Assembly (NCBI GenBank): GCA_022813865.1
Contig: JALDZX010000012.1
Location: forward strand, 434,001-485,622
DNA length: 51,622 nucleotides
Reading direction: 5' to 3'
From: Xylographa opegraphella
Taxonomy: Eukaryota
Part shown: piece by piece, positions 47,935 to 51,622 of the stretch
Position numbering within the stretch: the stretch's first letter is position 1
How the letters are laid out: each line of letters starts with the position of its first letter
Notes under the pieces: model-generated
Databases searched by the model: none
What the model was told of the DNA's origin: nothing
The model's input: only the letters and a program-made list of their open reading frames with translations
Made by a program: the position numbers and the translations under genes

Positions 47935-48949
47935 ATGGCTCTTGACCGGTCAGAAGGGCGTGATATTCACATTTATGATGCCGAAGACCCTACCCAGAGA
48001 GTACTCGGTGGCCTTCATCTTACCAACGGCATTAAAAAGCTCTTTTTTACTCGATGATAGAGATTATTCTAGTTTTTCAAAATACTTTCTCTCTTCGACA
48101 TGAAAACGAGGCTATGGTTGAAAGGGATAATCATCCGCTTCAGCCAGGGAAGTACTATGTCAATGGTAAGTCTACACTGAGTGGACACTGAATAACTAGT
48201 AAGTAATAAACAGGCACCTTTTCAATTACCGATGAATCTCCACTTACCCGTACATTCTCTCTGCACACTGGATCTCCTTATGAAACATTTTGTCATGCTG
48301 TTCGGGCGCGAGATCGTCGATGTGTTGTGACCGGAAAGCCGGCACTTCTGGCTTATAAAAACAACTGGATGGGATTTGAAGCTGCACATATTTTCCCGCT
48401 GGCGTATCAAGGCTACTGGAATGATCAAAATTTCAGTCGTTGGGTCACTATTACACCAACTGCTGGAGGACCCATTAATTCTGTACAAAATGGGCTGCTG
48501 CTCAGATCTGATATACATCAACTTTTTGATAGTTACTTTTTCTCAATTAACCCTGACGTATGTAAATTATACTATTTACTTTAAAGCAATAGCAGCTAAT
48601 ATCTTTTATTCGAAGCAATAGCGCCTTAATATCTTTTATTGGAAGCAATAGCGACTAATTTCTTCTCTAGGATAACTACAAGATTGTATGTTTTGAGCTT
48701 GATGCAGATAATTTCGCGGGCACCTATATCGATCAACAACATTTAAATCATCCTGATCGACCTATTGATCAGCTTTTACGCTGGCATTTTAGGCAGGCTG
48801 TTCTTACTAACATGAAAGGCGCCGGCGAGCCTATATTTGAGCATGATTTTCCACCTGGTTCTGATATGCTCGATGACATACGCAGCGGTCCAAAAGCGGT
48901 AGAAAGAATGGAATTCGAGTTGCATAGCCGCTTAACAGCTTCATCGTAA
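47935..48949 (+). pseudogene. Fungal HNH endonuclease (HNH_2 type) gene with an apparent 1-nt frameshift near 48034-48048
   Basis: MALDRSEGRDIHIYD..VLGGLHLTNG stops at 48055. The shifted frame continues FYSMIEII..LQPGKYYV|..VRARDRRCVVTG..FEAAHIFP..INSVQNGLLLRSDIHQLFD..SINPD|DNYKIV..LLRWHFRQAVLTNMKGAGEP. Introns 48166-48213 and 48558-48670. Confidence 0.8.
48584..48670 (+). repeat. Three imperfect tandem copies of a ~29-30 nt unit in HNH intron 2
   Basis: AAGCAATAGCAGCTAATATCTTTTATTCG / AAGCAATAGCGCCTTAATATCTTTTATTGG / AAGCAATAGCGACTAATTTCTTCTCTAG. Confidence 0.85.
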
Positions 48950-49499
48950 TACGAGCTCGGTAGAATTGATTCAATTTAATAAAAACAATAAGTTTTATTA
49001 ATCGGGTGCAATTCCGCCAACCCGTGGATTTTACGAAAAAGATTGGTTCCTTGATATATGATGCCGCACCACGTTTTCTGCTTGAGAACCACCGGCCACT
49101 CTTCTCCGGTCGTTAACTCTTCGAACCTACATGCTAAACTATACTCGTTGCCATCACATATCCTAGCTTTGAATTCTCCACCAAGATACCGTGAAGAACA
49201 TGAGAAGGATAAAAGTGCTACATCTCACGAGCGGCCATTAACAGACCTCTAGAAAGCTACGACAAGACAATTGATCGTCGAGCGTGGAAAACATGTTCAA
49301 CCACAAAGGCCACGAGTTAGCCTCACAGACGGACAAGCTATCGGGAAGAAATACAGCTTTTGAGGAATCCCACATTATGGTGACAGAAAGATCCTACTGT
49401 CTACGTAGTCCGACGATACAGATATGGCGTTGCGTGAACAGCTCATTGGGATCATAGAACAACGACAGCTCATATGATTATATATCCGCTACCAGCCAT

Positions 49500-50799
49500 C
49501 TAGTCAAACTTGGCAAACGCCAACTCATATACCAACCCCAGCGTCAACCTCGCATGCTGAAGCATGTGGTCGAAGCTTAGATACTCAATCTTGTCCTCCG
49601 TCGTGTGGATCTTCTTGTCCGAGTACTTGAAATCGCTCTCGATGACAAAAGCCGACGGGTACCCAGCCTTTGACGCACTGGCGTGGTCGGAGCACGCGTA
49701 GCCGCACTTTGTAAGGACGTAGGGGATATCGCAGTACTGCGGGTAATCATTAGTGGATGCTGGATTATATGTTGAGCAAGTGGTACGAACCTCAGTAATC
49801 ACTTTCTTGATAAACTCCGTCAGGCCCGGGTCCACATAATCCGTGATGACGCCCACGCTCTCCTTCTCCCCGGCCTCCAGCGTCTTGGCCACATATCCCG
49901 TCATATCCTGCTGCAACATGGCTTTGACATCCCTGCCCTCCTTCTCATACGCCGAGAAGATGGCCTGGCTGCCTAGAAGGCCCCCTTCCTCTGCCGAATA
50001 CCAGTGGAACTCCACTGTGTTTTCCATCTCCCCCTTCACGATATCCTCCGACTGCAACAGCACCCTCAGCGCTTCGAGGATCGTCACTGTCCCGCTTCCA
50101 TCATCGTCCGCGCCCGGCGCCGCCAGTATGGACGGTAAGAATAGATTGATACTATCCTGGTGCGCGCCAATCACTACCGTCTTGTTGCTCTTACCGGGGA
50201 GGGTCGCGATGACGCTGGCCTGGCCCCACGGGTGCGGGAAGACGTTGACGTGCGCACCATAAGAGGAGGCGTTGGACTCGGCGACCGTCTTGTTGACCTG
50301 CGAAAACAGCCATGCCGAAGACTCGGCGCCGGAGTCGGAGCGGTAGTAGCGGGTGTGGAAGGCGGTGAAGGTCTCGAGGTGCTTGCGCATCTGCTTCTTC
50401 GACAGGTCCTTCATCAGAGGGGAGAGAGTGGAGTTGTGGGTGGGCTTGGAAGGAAAGGTCACGGTGGCTTGGGCGGAGAGGGCGCGCGTGAGGCCGAGGT
50501 CTTGCGTGGCGGTGATATCCATGAATTGAAGGCCCTCCTGGTGTAAGGAGTCAGTTCGCACGTTGGTGGAGATCTGGAAGACTTGTCGTGGGGTGCTGGC
50601 CCGGAGAACTTACACGCTTGAGCACCCACTTGTCGTCTTCAGTCACCCATCTTGTGTCGTCAGGCCCGAATTCGATGAGGTATTTCTCCTCGTTGGCGGT
50701 TGTGGAGCCGAAAACGGCTTGCTGCTGCTCAGGACGTAGGATGGTCAGAGCAGTGGCACTGGTCACCAGAGAGGCGGCGAGGAGGGTGGTGTACTTCAT
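49500..50799 (-). CDS. LAP1: Secreted leucine aminopeptidase 1 (peptidase M28)
   Basis: Signal peptide and propeptide. Motifs [50 protein letters not shown] and IHT; 2 introns (second one 49790-49737). Confidence 0.95.
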
Positions 50800-51622
50800 C
50801 TTGACGATGCTATTTGCGCGATATTGAGAGGATCAGAACGAATAGTCTACGGAGCAGGTACAGAGACGAACGATGGAAATTGAGGGGACGTTCTACGCGA
50901 GAGCTTGCTTGCCAACCCCCCAATCAGGCAGGCAGCTTAGCAAGCGTCATCGTCTCCGAGGTCGCGTTTGGGGCCTGAAGCGAGGCATAAAACAGCTGCT
51001 GTTGCGAAACCAGTGATAAGGAGAACATAGCACCGATTCTCGTGAGGCTATATGTGTCGCACAGAAGTAAAGTGACTCAAAAGTACGCATTACATGTATT
51101 GCCAGCAGCAGCTACAATCTATGCTCGTGCAAGTGGTTGCGGTTGGCTGAGAGAATGATGATCCGGTCGAGCATTTCACATTGTATTACTATGCAGGGTG
51201 ATACAGCCTGTAAGCATCGTAATAATTTATAAAGCTACGAAACGATTCCACGTCTATATAAAATACGTGTTCGATAGAACGGAGGTCCCTTTTCATTTCC
51301 CAGCCCCTGATCCAATCGGGCAGGTCCGTTTGCGGCTCCACCTTGTGACATATTCTCTACTAAAATAGCCAGATACTGTAACGCCTTTCCGATCAGTTCG
51401 AACTAATGCGTAATTTTATTAGTATAAAGTGTCTCTCTCGCGACGGTTTCAATTTAGCGCTTTAACTCTTCTCACTTCGTTCTGAATGGCGATTTTCTAA
51501 CTTGAAGCCTTTGCCCAGTAATTGCCCAAAGGCTTTTAGCTAATATGGGCCACTAACGAGTTGTTACGGCTCATCAACTCACCACACAAGCACGCCTAGA
51601 ACGTAAGCTTTAGGTGGACGAT

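Noticed and set aside
51505..51535. 9-bp inverted repeat AAGCCTTTG..CAAAGGCTT
   Set aside because: Short and isolated near the window edge; no TSD or element context.
1..51622. CRISPR arrays, intact transposons/LTRs, secondary-metabolite cluster, TPP riboswitch
   Set aside because: No repeat-spacer array, transposase/RT, PKS/NRPS or riboswitch motifs were seen; the sequence is eukaryotic.

Overview
Gene-dense, intron-rich eukaryotic DNA from a filamentous ascomycete (Pezizomycotina). The evidence is short GT-AG introns with CTRAC branch points, a dispersed 5S rRNA gene and the protein families present; the exact lineage cannot be fixed from this window. Most of it is a housekeeping backbone, often in divergent pairs: long-chain acyl-CoA synthetase/RKM5-like methyltransferase, TDP1, class-2 DHODH, ROT1/FAU1, SME1/MTR10, a SET3-like PHD-SET protein, MscL-like/NPC2, VMA7/NUR1, SEH1/ALG7, thymidylate synthase and an M28 leucine aminopeptidase. 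Two accessory-looking blocks interrupt it. Block 1 (~24.5-30.6 kb) holds a 5S rRNA gene, a divergent protein kinase whose otherwise intact frame is broken by one in-frame TAG in the activation segment, a GC-rich DUF1295-like gene, tRNA-Lys(CTT) and a decayed SDR pseudogene. Block 2 (~42.6-49 kb) holds a small spliced protein with two Cys/His repeats that the ORF track misses, a convergent CorA-like membrane protein lacking the GMN motif and, beyond CDC21, an AT-rich HNH nuclease gene with a frameshift. No novel multi-gene system can be proven from sequence alone. The best leads are the stop-interrupted kinase and the Cys-repeat/CorA-like pair. Family calls come from recalled motifs, not database searches, and exon boundaries were assigned by eye.
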